Below, in pieces: positions 8,865-17,614 of a DNA stretch of 64,000 nucleotides. The stretch spans positions 4,228 through 68,227 of the forward strand of contig JBDGYE010000001.1 of the NCBI GenBank assembly GCA_039584255.1. The letters are read 5' to 3'. Within the stretch, counting starts at the first letter, position 1. The number at the start of each line of letters is the position of its first letter. This DNA comes from Gemmatimonadota bacterium. GTDB lineage: Bacteria; Gemmatimonadota; Gemmatimonadetes; Palauibacterales; Palauibacteraceae. The notes beneath the pieces were generated by a model, which was not told the DNA's origin, ran no database searches, and saw only the letters and a list, made by a program, of their open reading frames with translations. Position numbers and translations under genes: made by a program.

Positions 8865-10919
8865 ATGCGAATGGTTCTCTTGGCGGGTCTGGGCGTCCTG
8901 ACGCTCGGCGCGTGCGGACCCACAGATAATGGTCAGGAACAGGTCCCGGAGCGAGCGGAGGCGGCCCTCGGTCTGGGAATCGATGCCGACGGGATGGACG
9001 CTGAGGTCAGGCCCCAGGACGACCTGTACGGCTTCGTGAACGGCACCTGGATGGAGCGCACCGAGATCCCGCCGGATCGATCGAACTACGGAGCGTTCAT
9101 CGAGCTCGTGGACGGGGCGGAGGAGGACGTCCACGAGATCATGCGCGAGGCGGCACAGCAGGACGCCCGCCTGCCCGGCTCCGACGCCCAAAAGGTCGGC
9201 GACTTCTATAGGAGCTTCATGGACACCGCCCGCGTGGAGGAGCTGGGTCTCGAGCCGCTGCGCCCGACGCTGACGCGAGTAGACGGGATCGAGAGCCGCG
9301 AGGACCTCTACGACGTGATGGCGGAGCTCGAGGTCCTGGGTGCACAGAAGCCCTTCGGCCTGTGGGTCAGCCAGGACGCGCGGGCCGCCGATCGTTACAT
9401 CACGTATCTGAGTCAGTCGGGTCTCGGCCTCCCCGACCGGGACTACTACTTCAACGAAGACGAGCGCTTCCGGACGTTTCGCGACAAGTACGTACAGTAC
9501 GTCGAGGACATGCTGGAGCTCGCGGAGACACCGGGTGCCGCCGACGCGGCCCGGCGCATCATGGCGCTCGAGACGCGGCTCGCCGAGAACCACTGGACGC
9601 GCGTCGAGAACCGCGACCGCGAGAAGACCTACAACAAGGTCACCCTCCAGGAGATGGCCGACATGGTACCGGTCATCGACTGGCCCCGGTACCTGGAGGA
9701 AGTCCACCTCGACGAGGCCGACGAGCTGATCGTCCGGCAGCCGTCGTATTTCGAGGCGATGGCGCAGATCCTGGCCGAGGTGCCGCTGGATGACTGGAAG
9801 GCCTATCTGCGCTTCAAGGCCCTCGACGCGTTCGCTCCTTACCTCAGCAGCGACCTCGTCGAGACCCGGTTCGACTTTCGTCGCCGCACCCTGAGTGGCG
9901 TCGAGGAGAATCGAGACCGCTGGAAGCGGGCGGTCACGGCCGGTGACGATGTGCTGGGTGAGATCCTGGGCCGGATGTACGTCGATCGGCATTACCGGCC
10001 GGAGGCCAAGGCGCGAATGGACTTCATGGTCGAAAACCTGCGAACCGCCTTTCGCCAGTCGATCGACGGGCTCGAGTGGATGGGAGACGAGACCAAGCAG
10101 CAGGCCCAGGGAAAGCTGGCGAAGTTCAACACCAAGATCGGCTACCCCGAGAAGTGGAAGGACTACTCACAGCTCGAGATCCGGGAGGACGAGCTGCTGG
10201 GCAACGTCATGCGGTCGCGCCAAGTCGAGCACGACCGGGTCGTGAAACGTCTGGGGCAGCCGGTGGACCGGACCGAGTGGTTCATGACACCGCAGACGGT
10301 GAACGCCTACTACAGCCCCACCATGAACGAGATCGTCTTCCCGGCGGCGATCCTCCAGCCCCCGTTCTTCAACGTGGAGGCGGACGACGCGGCCAACTAC
10401 GGGGCGATCGGGGCCGTGATCGGTCACGAGTTCAGCCACGGCTTCGACGACCAGGGCCGCAAGTCCGACGGCGACGGCAATCTGCGCGACTGGTGGACCG
10501 AGGAGGATGCCGAGGGCTTCAAGGGCCGGGCGCAGCAGCTGGTCGACCAGTACGCCGGTTACAGTCCCATCGAGGGGATGAACGTGAACGGGGATCTGAC
10601 CCTGGGCGAGAACATCGGCGACCTCGCCGGACTCACCATGGCCTACCGCGCGTACAGGCTGTCGCTGGAAGGCGAGGAGCCGCCGGTGATCGACGGCTAT
10701 ACCGGCGACCAGCGCTTCTTCATGGGCTGGACCCAGGTGTGGCGTCGCAAGTACCGCGAGGATGAGCTGCGCCGCCGGCTGGTGACCGATCCTCACTCGC
10801 CCGCCGAGTACCGCGCCAACGGTACGGTTCTGAACATCGACGCCTACCATGAGGCGTACGGCACGCAGCCGGACGACATGATGTGGAAGGAGCCGGCCGA
10901 CCGCGTGACTATCTGGTAG
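8865..10919 (+). CDS. pepO: M13 family zinc metallopeptidase (PepO / endothelin-converting-enzyme-like), lipoprotein
   Basis: HEFSHGFD zinc motif (HExxH), NAYY and GENIGDLAG motifs. The start MRMVLLAGLGVLTLGAC has a lipobox and is preceded by GGAGG. The ATG at 8865 was verified. Confidence 0.9.
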   Translation: MRMVLLAGLGVLTLGACGPTDNGQEQVPERAEAALGLGIDADGMDAEVRPQDDLYGFVNGTWMERTEIPPDRSNYGAFIELVDGAEEDVHEIMREAAQQDARLPGSDAQKVGDFYRSFMDTARVEELGLEPLRPTLTRVDGIESREDLYDVMAELEVLGAQKPFGLWVSQDARAADRYITYLSQSGLGLPDRDYYFNEDERFRTFRDKYVQYVEDMLELAETPGAADAARRIMALETRLAENHWTRVENRDREKTYNKVTLQEMADMVPVIDWPRYLEEVHLDEADELIVRQPSYFEAMAQILAEVPLDDWKAYLRFKALDAFAPYLSSDLVETRFDFRRRTLSGVEENRDRWKRAVTAGDDVLGEILGRMYVDRHYRPEAKARMDFMVENLRTAFRQSIDGLEWMGDETKQQAQGKLAKFNTKIGYPEKWKDYSQLEIREDELLGNVMRSRQVEHDRVVKRLGQPVDRTEWFMTPQTVNAYYSPTMNEIVFPAAILQPPFFNVEADDAANYGAIGAVIGHEFSHGFDDQGRKSDGDGNLRDWWTEEDAEGFKGRAQQLVDQYAGYSPIEGMNVNGDLTLGENIGDLAGLTMAYRAYRLSLEGEEPPVIDGYTGDQRFFMGWTQVWRRKYREDELRRRLVTDPHSPAEYRANGTVLNIDAYHEAYGTQPDDMMWKEPADRVTIW

Positions 10920-11038
10920 CTTTCGTCCCGAGGCCCACAGGTTCAGGGGAGCTTCCGTAGAACGGTCGATTGCCCGAACTTTCCCCCGCGCCGGAGCTGC
11001 TTCCGGTGCGGGGGATCACCATCAGCAAAGGAGAGAGG

Positions 11039-11899
11039 ATGCGCTCGCACACCGCGGCGGTTCTCGTATTCCTCCTGGCGCTTGGCGCCGGTACGGCGCA
11101 TGCCCAGGACGCCGAAAGGGATCTAGGGTGGATGTTCAGCGCTGAGTTCTCGGGTGTGTGGACGGGCGGCAACCAGGAGACCTTTACGCTGGGCCTGGAC
11201 GGTACTGTCGAATACGTGTGGCCCAGATCTCTGGTCCGCTTCCGGGGTGGGGCCGTGACGACCGAATCCTCCCTCAAGACCCGGACGGCCGTCGGTACGG
11301 GCCAGGATGACTTCGTCCTCCAGGAGGCAACGGTCACCGAGAAGACGGCCGAGGCCTACTACGCACGTGGTCTGTACGAGTACGACGTGAGCGGCCGCTT
11401 CTACCTGTTCGGCGGCGTCGACTGGCTCCGCAATACCTTCTCGGGAATCGACAGCCGATTCCTGATCGCCGCCGGTGCCGGTAACACGTGGAAGAACACG
11501 GACGAGTTCAGGTTCAGGACCGGCTACAGCCTCACGTATACCTTCCAGGAAGACGTCGTCAAGAACCCGTTCATCAAGACCAACTTTCCGGGCCTGAGGC
11601 TGGACTACGACTGGTTCTGGAAGCTCACCGCCTCGACCGACCTGGAGAGCATCCTCATCGCCGACTTCAACCTGGACAACACGGACGACATCCGGCTGGA
11701 CTGGTACAACGCCCTCCCCATCTCCATCAGCTCCAAGCTGGCCTTCAAGCCAAGCCTCAGATTGCTGTGGCGCAACGAACCGTCGCTGACGGCGGTGCCG
11801 CTGTTCGACGCCGGCGGCAACGAAACGGGAACCACGGTCCTGGCGCCTCTGGAGAAGCTGGACAGCTTCCTCACGATCGCGCTGGTGGTGACTCTGTAG
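11039..11899 (+). CDS. DUF481-like outer-membrane beta-barrel protein
   Basis: Signal peptide MRSHTAAVLVFLLALGAGTAHAQ, then alternating beta-strand pattern. The motifs GGNQETFTLG and WRNEP resemble the DUF481/YdiY family. AGGAGAGAGG RBS. Confidence 0.7.
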   Translation: MRSHTAAVLVFLLALGAGTAHAQDAERDLGWMFSAEFSGVWTGGNQETFTLGLDGTVEYVWPRSLVRFRGGAVTTESSLKTRTAVGTGQDDFVLQEATVTEKTAEAYYARGLYEYDVSGRFYLFGGVDWLRNTFSGIDSRFLIAAGAGNTWKNTDEFRFRTGYSLTYTFQEDVVKNPFIKTNFPGLRLDYDWFWKLTASTDLESILIADFNLDNTDDIRLDWYNALPISISSKLAFKPSLRLLWRNEPSLTAVPLFDAGGNETGTTVLAPLEKLDSFLTIALVVTL

Positions 11900-11948
11900 A
11901 GCGAGGCGTCCCCTGCTCCTCCGCTCTCGCCGCGGCGGCCCGGCAGCT

Positions 11949-12455
11949 TCAGGCGTGGGCCCTGCCGATCCAGGCGGCGACCAGTCTGAGAAGCTCGTCC
12001 ACCTCCTCCGGCTCCAGTTCCTCCAGCCGGCGGTCGGACGCAAAGGTGGCGTCGAGCAGAAGCCGGCCGGCTCCCTCGCTGAAGTCCGACCTGCCCGATC
12101 CCTTGTCGAGGAAGCGGAGCAGGTCCTCGCCGGCAAGGCCGGACACCCGCTCGGGCCGGGACTGCAGGGCGACCGCCGTCTTCTTCACCAGCTTGGGGAC
12201 CTGCCGAAGCGCTACCGCACGGGTGGCTGGTTCGCGTGCCATCCTGCGGATCCGTCCCAGCTCCCTGTAGGCCGTGCTTCGGTAGTAGAAGGCGCGCAGG
12301 CGCTCGCCGATCCAGGTGAGGACGAGGAGCGCGAGAAGCACCAGGAGCCCAGCCACGAGCCACCCCCGCAAGCCGTCCGGCAGCCAGCCCGGGAGCTCGA
12401 TGTCGGGAAGACGCTCAAGGAGCTCGTCGGCCTCCTGGAATCTGATCGACATCAC
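11949..12455 (-). CDS. DUF4381-like single-pass membrane protein
   Basis: The N-terminal LPDIELPGWLPDGLRGWLVAGLLVLLALLVL followed by YRSTAYRELGRIR fits the DUF4381 pattern. No Bat/MoxR/vWA partners are present in the window. Confidence 0.55.
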   Translation of the reverse strand: MMSIRFQEADELLERLPDIELPGWLPDGLRGWLVAGLLVLLALLVLTWIGERLRAFYYRSTAYRELGRIRRMAREPATRAVALRQVPKLVKKTAVALQSRPERVSGLAGEDLLRFLDKGSGRSDFSEGAGRLLLDATFASDRRLEELEPEEVDELLRLVAAWIGRAHA

Positions 12456-12722
12456 CTTCTGGAACCTCCGTTGCGCAGAGACACTCGTACCACCTTAACC
12501 GACAAGAGCGTGTGGGTCACGGCCCACCGTCGTCGCCTCAGTCGAGAATCTGCGCCGGAGGCGCCCTGCCGCTAGGGCCGAACCGCGACGCCGGCCGTTG
12601 CCCGCGCGCGTACATCCGGTCTAATCTCGGGGAGCGTCCTATCCCGCGCCGATCCCGAGAGCAGGAGGCCCGCCATCCTCAAGAGATTCAAGGAATTCGC
12701 CGCCAAGGCCAACACGCCGGAC

Positions 12723-14219
12723 ATGGCCGGTGGTAGTGAGGGCCTTCAGCAGGACGAGGGACGCCGCCGTTTCCGCCGGCCCCGGCTCCGCCTGGGCAGG
12801 AAGGCGAAGCGCGCCGGACTCGTGGCTCTGCTCTTTCACCTGGCCGGCTTCGCGCTCTCGATCCACTCGGTCATGAGCACTCGCACGGCACAAGGCGCCA
12901 TCGCCTGGGCCGTGTCGCTGAACACGGTTCCGTACGTGGCGGTGCCGCTCTACCTGGTCCTCGGGCGCGGCAAGTTCAACGGATACGTCACCGCCCGCCG
13001 GCAGGGCGACCTCGAGGTCGAGTCCGAGGCGGAGGGGGCCGAAGCGAGCGTGCAGCCGTTCATCGCGACGTTGGGCGCGGACTACGCATCTGTGCGGGCG
13101 GCGGAGCGTCTGGCCGAGCTTCCGACGCTTACCGGCAACGACGCGGAGCTCCTCGTGGACGGCGAAGCGACCTTCGCCAGCATCCTGGAGGGAATCGCCG
13201 TGGCCCGGGACTACGTGTTGGTCCAGTTCTACATCGTCAAGGACGACGACATCGGACGCGCCCTCAAGGAGGTGCTTATCGAGCGGGCCCGGGCCGGCGT
13301 GCGGGTCTACTTCCTGTACGACGAGGTAGGGAGCCACAAGCTGCCGAAGCGGTACCTCGAGGACCTGCAAGAGGCGGGAGTCGAGGCCCACAACTTCCAT
13401 TCGCAGCGCGGGCCGTGGAACCGGTTCCAGATCAACTTCCGGAACCACCGCAAGATCGTGGTGGTGGACGGCTTCCAGGGCTGGGTCGGTGGCCACAACG
13501 TGGGCGACGAGTACCTGGGGCGCGATGCCAAGTTCGGGGCGTGGCGCGACACCCACGTTCGCGTCGAGGGGCCGGCGGTCCTGGGCCTGCAGCTCTCGTT
13601 TCTGGAGGACTGGCACTGGGCGACGGAGGAGGTCCTGGAGCTGAACTGGACCCCGCGTCCCTCAAAGACGGGCGACATTCCGGTGCTCGTCGTTCCCTCC
13701 GGGCCGGCCGATGCCCGGGAGACGGCCACGCTCATGTTCACGCACGCGATCAATTCGGCCCGGGAGAGGATCTGGATCGCGAGTCCCTATTTCGTGCCTG
13801 ACCACGGGGTGATGAACGCGCTCCGGCTCGCGGCGCTCAGGGACGTCGACGTCCGGATCCTGATCCCGAACGACCCGGACCACTACCTGGTCTACCTGGC
13901 AGCCTTCCACTACTACGAGGAGATGAAGGATTCGGGCGTCACGGTCTATCGATATACGGACGGCTTCATGCACCAGAAGGCGATGCTGGTTGACGAGGTC
14001 TCCGCGGTCGGGACGGCGAACTTCGACAACCGGTCCTTCCGCCTCAACTTCGAGATCACGGCCTTCTTCCTGGATCCGGGTTTCACGAGCCAGGTCGAGG
14101 CCATGTTCGAGGAGGACTTCCGGCGATCGCGTCTGATGACGCCGGCCGACCTGGACGACAGGCCGTTCTGGTTCCGGCCGGCCGTCCGCGTGTCGCGGCT
14201 TACGGCGCCGGTGCAGTAG
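12723..14219 (+). CDS. cls: Cardiolipin synthase (PLD superfamily, two HKD motifs)
   Basis: N-terminal TM helices. HKD motif 1 is NHRKIVVVDG...GGHNVGDEY. HKD motif 2 is MHQKAMLVDE...VGTANFDNRSF. Confidence 0.9.
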   Translation: MAGGSEGLQQDEGRRRFRRPRLRLGRKAKRAGLVALLFHLAGFALSIHSVMSTRTAQGAIAWAVSLNTVPYVAVPLYLVLGRGKFNGYVTARRQGDLEVESEAEGAEASVQPFIATLGADYASVRAAERLAELPTLTGNDAELLVDGEATFASILEGIAVARDYVLVQFYIVKDDDIGRALKEVLIERARAGVRVYFLYDEVGSHKLPKRYLEDLQEAGVEAHNFHSQRGPWNRFQINFRNHRKIVVVDGFQGWVGGHNVGDEYLGRDAKFGAWRDTHVRVEGPAVLGLQLSFLEDWHWATEEVLELNWTPRPSKTGDIPVLVVPSGPADARETATLMFTHAINSARERIWIASPYFVPDHGVMNALRLAALRDVDVRILIPNDPDHYLVYLAAFHYYEEMKDSGVTVYRYTDGFMHQKAMLVDEVSAVGTANFDNRSFRLNFEITAFFLDPGFTSQVEAMFEEDFRRSRLMTPADLDDRPFWFRPAVRVSRLTAPVQ

Positions 14220-14250
14220 CGACGCGAGCAGGGCGCAGGAGGCCTCGGGG

Positions 14251-14880
14251 TTAGCGCGCCCCGATCGGAACGTACCAGATCGCCCTGAACTGCCACGAGC
14301 GGTTTCGGACGCTGGAGTCCTCGAAGATGTCGGACAGGCCGATCGCGTAGCGGATGTCGATCCCCAGAGACGATCCCCCGAGGTCGCGCGCGAAGAATAG
14401 GCCCAGCGGAATCGACCAGTCCGTTGTCTTCTTCACTGCCAGGCTGGTGTCATCGCAGTCCTGCGAGCCGGAGGTGGACTTCACCTTGCAGGAAATCTGG
14501 AAGCCGAGCGAAATGCCCGCGTAGAGTCCGGACTCCCAGCCGGAGAAGCTGTTGATGTAGCCTATGGTGAGCGGGAACTCGATGTACTGAAGATCGAGGT
14601 CCTGAATCTCGCCCTGCGAGAACGCCACCCTGTTCCCGCCCTTCTGCACCCAGTTAGCCTCGAACGCGATGGACGTAAGGCGGGCCGGGCGGTACGAGCC
14701 GAATGCCCCGGCCATTCCTCCCCACGACCAGTCGCCGAGGGTCACGTCCGAACCGCCGACGCTGTTGTACGAGGCGCCGCCGGAAAGCCCGAGGCTGAAC
14801 GAAGACGTCTGGGCTTCCGCCGGTGCTGAGCCGGCGAGGACGAGTGCGAGTGCGACGACGAACGGCGCAAAGCGTTTCAT
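14251..14880 (-). CDS. Outer-membrane beta-barrel protein (porin-family / OMP_b-brl_2-like), paralog 1 of 3
   Basis: Signal peptide MKRFAPFVVALALVLAGSAPAEAQ, GGAGG RBS and alternating hydrophobic strands. It shares ANWVQKGG, IEFPL/IELPL and NRSWQFR with the ORF at 46591..47166. Confidence 0.8.
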   Translation of the reverse strand: MKRFAPFVVALALVLAGSAPAEAQTSSFSLGLSGGASYNSVGGSDVTLGDWSWGGMAGAFGSYRPARLTSIAFEANWVQKGGNRVAFSQGEIQDLDLQYIEFPLTIGYINSFSGWESGLYAGISLGFQISCKVKSTSGSQDCDDTSLAVKKTTDWSIPLGLFFARDLGGSSLGIDIRYAIGLSDIFEDSSVRNRSWQFRAIWYVPIGAR

Positions 14881-14991
14881 GTATTCCTCCATTAGGGGTC
14901 CCCGCGTCTGGTGTAGAACGCCCATCGGGCACCGAATGTGGCGGCTGGGTGGCCCTTTGTCACCCCCCGGTCTGGCCGGGAGGGGGGTTTC

Positions 14992-15019
14992 CACATATTA
15001 TGTGTCCACATGTTATGTG
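14992..15019. promoter_or_regulatory. Putative operator: two tandem 13-bp palindromes directly upstream of the RHH antitoxin gene
   Basis: CACATAtTATGTG (14992..15004, perfect) and CACATGtTATGTG (15007..15019, one mismatch). They are followed by the GGGAGG RBS and the ATG at 15031. Confidence 0.5.
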
Positions 15020-15030
15020 TGGGAGGACTT

Positions 15031-15258
15031 ATGAACATTACACTTGCCATCGATGACGATCTGGTGAAGGCCGCGCGCGAGGTTGCAGGTGCCATGGGAA
15101 AAAGCCTGAATCAAGTCATCCGGGAGTACCTCGAGCACCTCACCGATCGGGGCCGGGTCGAGCGGGACATGCGAGAGCTGGAGCGGTTGTCCAGGGAGAG
15201 CGGGGGACACTCTGGCGGGCGACGCTGGTCTCGCGAAGAGATCTATGACCGTTCGTAG
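15031..15258 (+). CDS. Ribbon-helix-helix antitoxin (VapB-like)
   Basis: MNITLAIDDDLVKAAREVAGAMGKSLNQVIREYLEHL has a beta-strand plus two helices typical of RHH antitoxins. 14-nt overlap with the downstream PIN gene. Confidence 0.75.
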   Translation: MNITLAIDDDLVKAAREVAGAMGKSLNQVIREYLEHLTDRGRVERDMRELERLSRESGGHSGGRRWSREEIYDRS

Positions 15259-15658
15259 CTTTCTGGACAGCAATGTCCTGATCTACACGGACGACGTCGA
15301 TTCGCCGGGGAAACAGAGATCCGCGCTGGACCTGGTCAAGGCAGCGATTGCTGGCAGCTGGGGTGTCGTCTCAACGCAGGTACTCCAGGAATACTTCGCA
15401 GTCACTGCAAGTAAGCTCGGCGTATCAGCGGAGGCAGCGCGGGCCAAGGTCGAGATCTTCGGCCGGCTGGACGTCGCCACGATCGACATGCCGACGATCC
15501 TGGGGGCCATCGACATTCATCGACTGCACGATGTCAACTTCTGGGACGGCCTGGTCATCTACACGGCCCGGGCGGCAGGCTGCCGCATCCTGTACACGGA
15601 GGATCTCCAGCACGGCCGTCGATTCGACGGACTGGAAGTCGTGAATCCGTTCGAATGA
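15245..15658 (+). CDS. vapC: PIN-domain toxin (VapC family), second copy
   Basis: FLDSNVLIY (first acidic residue), ...VLQEY..., ...FWDGLVIYTA..., ...LYTEDL give the PIN catalytic D/E pattern. Confidence 0.85.
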   Translation: MTVRSFLDSNVLIYTDDVDSPGKQRSALDLVKAAIAGSWGVVSTQVLQEYFAVTASKLGVSAEAARAKVEIFGRLDVATIDMPTILGAIDIHRLHDVNFWDGLVIYTARAAGCRILYTEDLQHGRRFDGLEVVNPFE

Positions 15659-15695
15659 GGCTGCCAGAGGCCCCTGCCGACGCCAGCCGCCTCCA

Positions 15696-16325
15696 CTACC
15701 CGAAGAACCTGCCGAGTCCTCCGAGAAGCATCTGGACACCGATCGTAGCGAGGAGCAGCCCTCCGATACGGGCGATCACCGCCATTGTGGCAGGCCGGAT
15801 CTTCGTGAACACCCCGCTCAGCAGCGCGTAGGCAACGAACGCGATCAGGGCCACGACTCCTGCTCCGATGAGTGCCGCGGTCACGCCCTCCGACCCGTCT
15901 CGGCTCGCGGCGATCGTGATGGTGGTCGTCATGGCTCCCGGACCGGCGATCAATGGCAGTGTGAGTGGAATGAGCAGCGCGTCGCCCTCCACTGGACCTG
16001 CCTGCCGCTGCTCTTCCCCTTGGGTCTTGCTGGCTCCGCCGCCGTAGAGCATCTCGAAGCCCATCAGCGCGATGATCAGGCCTCCCACCACGCTGAAGGC
16101 GTTCAGGTCGATACCGATCAGGTCCAGCAGCTGCCGTCCCGCCAGGGCCGTCCCACCCAGGATGAGGGCTACGTAGAGCGCTACCCTTCCCGCGGCCCAC
16201 GTCCGGTTCCGGGGTGGGTCGGCGATGGCCTGGTTGAAGAACATGACCTTGATCGGGTCCATGGGGGACGTGATCACCACCATGGAGATGATGGACTGGA
16301 CGAGGAACTCGACGTCTATGGCCAA
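15696..16325 (-). CDS. marC: MarC family (UPF0056) integral membrane protein
   Basis: 209 aa with six hydrophobic segments. The N-terminal VITSPMDPI and the GGASK loop are characteristic of the MarC/NAAT family. Confidence 0.8.
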   Translation of the reverse strand: MAIDVEFLVQSIISMVVITSPMDPIKVMFFNQAIADPPRNRTWAAGRVALYVALILGGTALAGRQLLDLIGIDLNAFSVVGGLIIALMGFEMLYGGGASKTQGEEQRQAGPVEGDALLIPLTLPLIAGPGAMTTTITIAASRDGSEGVTAALIGAGVVALIAFVAYALLSGVFTKIRPATMAVIARIGGLLLATIGVQMLLGGLGRFFG

Positions 16326-16338
16326 GGGTGAAACCCTC

Positions 16339-17601
16339 CTAGACGGAAATGTCCCACTGGATCCGGACGTTCGTGCCGCCCTCCTCGCCCTGAACCGGAT
16401 CCTTGAAGTTCAGATACGAGACCTCGGCCGTCAGCTTGTTGCGGTGCCCGTTGAAGAACCAGTTCACCGCAAACGAGAACTGCTGCTGCAGGTCCGTCGG
16501 CTGGTCCAGCCGGGGGTCGTAGAAGGCGTAGCGAACGGCCAGCTCCAGCGGCCTCGGAAACGCCTCCCATGCGTGATGGAAGAAGTATCCCGCCTGGACG
16601 TAGTTGCCGACCAGGGTTGAGACCGTCCCGTTCACCGTGTCGTCGATCTCCTTCCAGTGGAACTCCTGTTGCCACGAGAAGCCGCGGTACTTGAAGGCGG
16701 TCTCCGCCATCCACTGGTAGACCCTGTACTGCCCGTCCTCCCCATCCTCGAATCCCTCGAGCTGTCCTCCGCCCGCGGTCGAAAAGCGGGTGAAGCGGCT
16801 GCGGTTGGTGTTACCCGCCAGGGCGACGAGTGCCGCGGGCTTCTCGCTATGCGCGATGTCGGAACCTGAGAAATCGACCACCCGTCCGAAAGGATTCCAC
16901 TGGCCGCGCACCGACCACATCATGTGTTCGTCGTCGTTGCTCGTCGCACCCCGACCAATGCCGGTGAACACGCCGGCCCAGTGGCTGAAGTCGGCGACCC
17001 CCTTGCCCTCGAGCCGACCGTACGCTGCCACTCCGACCTGGCGATCGACCGTGAACGGCCGGGTGATGATCGAGCGTTCCGACATCTGCTGCTTGCCCGA
17101 CGAGATGATACGCTCGCGATTGTAGTGCACCTTCCACTGCCCGACCTTCAGCTTGAGAGCCGGCAGCTTCTCGATCATGAAGCGAAAGTCGAGCAGGGCC
17201 CCGGCGGCCAGCTCGTACTCCATGTAGTACTTGAGCCACGGCCGGTAGCCGTGCCCACCGATCTTGGCTCGCGCCCGGTTGATCTTGAACGTGGCGTCGT
17301 CCGGTCCCGAGAGGGCCTCGAAGGTGACCGGGCTCGCGTCGTAGGGATAGGCGAACCGGAACTGGATGCGCAGCTCGCCGTGAAGCAGGAAGTTGCCGTC
17401 GGAGGTCCCGACCCAGAATCCCTTGTCCCCGTAACCGCCCTTGATCGAGGGCTCCTCCTGGGCGGCGCTGTCCTGAGGGGCGGAATCGTCGGGCGGAGGC
17501 TCTCCCTCCTGGGCGACCGCGAGCGGGCACAGCGACAGGATCCAGCCGAATAGCAGGGAGGCCGTCGCCCACGCGGGCGCCATTCGTCGCGCTCCGATCA
17601 T
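16339..17601 (-). CDS. Phosphate-selective porin O/P family outer-membrane protein
   Basis: Signal peptide, then G.L.IQFRF...INRARAKIGGH...WKYYMEYEL and the C-terminal NKLTAEVSYL, typical of OprO/OprP-like porins. Confidence 0.8.
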   Translation of the reverse strand: MIGARRMAPAWATASLLFGWILSLCPLAVAQEGEPPPDDSAPQDSAAQEEPSIKGGYGDKGFWVGTSDGNFLLHGELRIQFRFAYPYDASPVTFEALSGPDDATFKINRARAKIGGHGYRPWLKYYMEYELAAGALLDFRFMIEKLPALKLKVGQWKVHYNRERIISSGKQQMSERSIITRPFTVDRQVGVAAYGRLEGKGVADFSHWAGVFTGIGRGATSNDDEHMMWSVRGQWNPFGRVVDFSGSDIAHSEKPAALVALAGNTNRSRFTRFSTAGGGQLEGFEDGEDGQYRVYQWMAETAFKYRGFSWQQEFHWKEIDDTVNGTVSTLVGNYVQAGYFFHHAWEAFPRPLELAVRYAFYDPRLDQPTDLQQQFSFAVNWFFNGHRNKLTAEVSYLNFKDPVQGEEGGTNVRIQWDISV

Positions 17602-17614
17602 CTGATCACTGGCT

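Noticed and set aside
12625-12660. 7-bp stem (tctcggg / cccgaga) with a 22-nt loop (12632..12653) in the 267-bp region upstream of cls, considered as a regulatory RNA element.
   Set aside because: The stem is short and the loop large. I recognised no riboswitch-like conservation.
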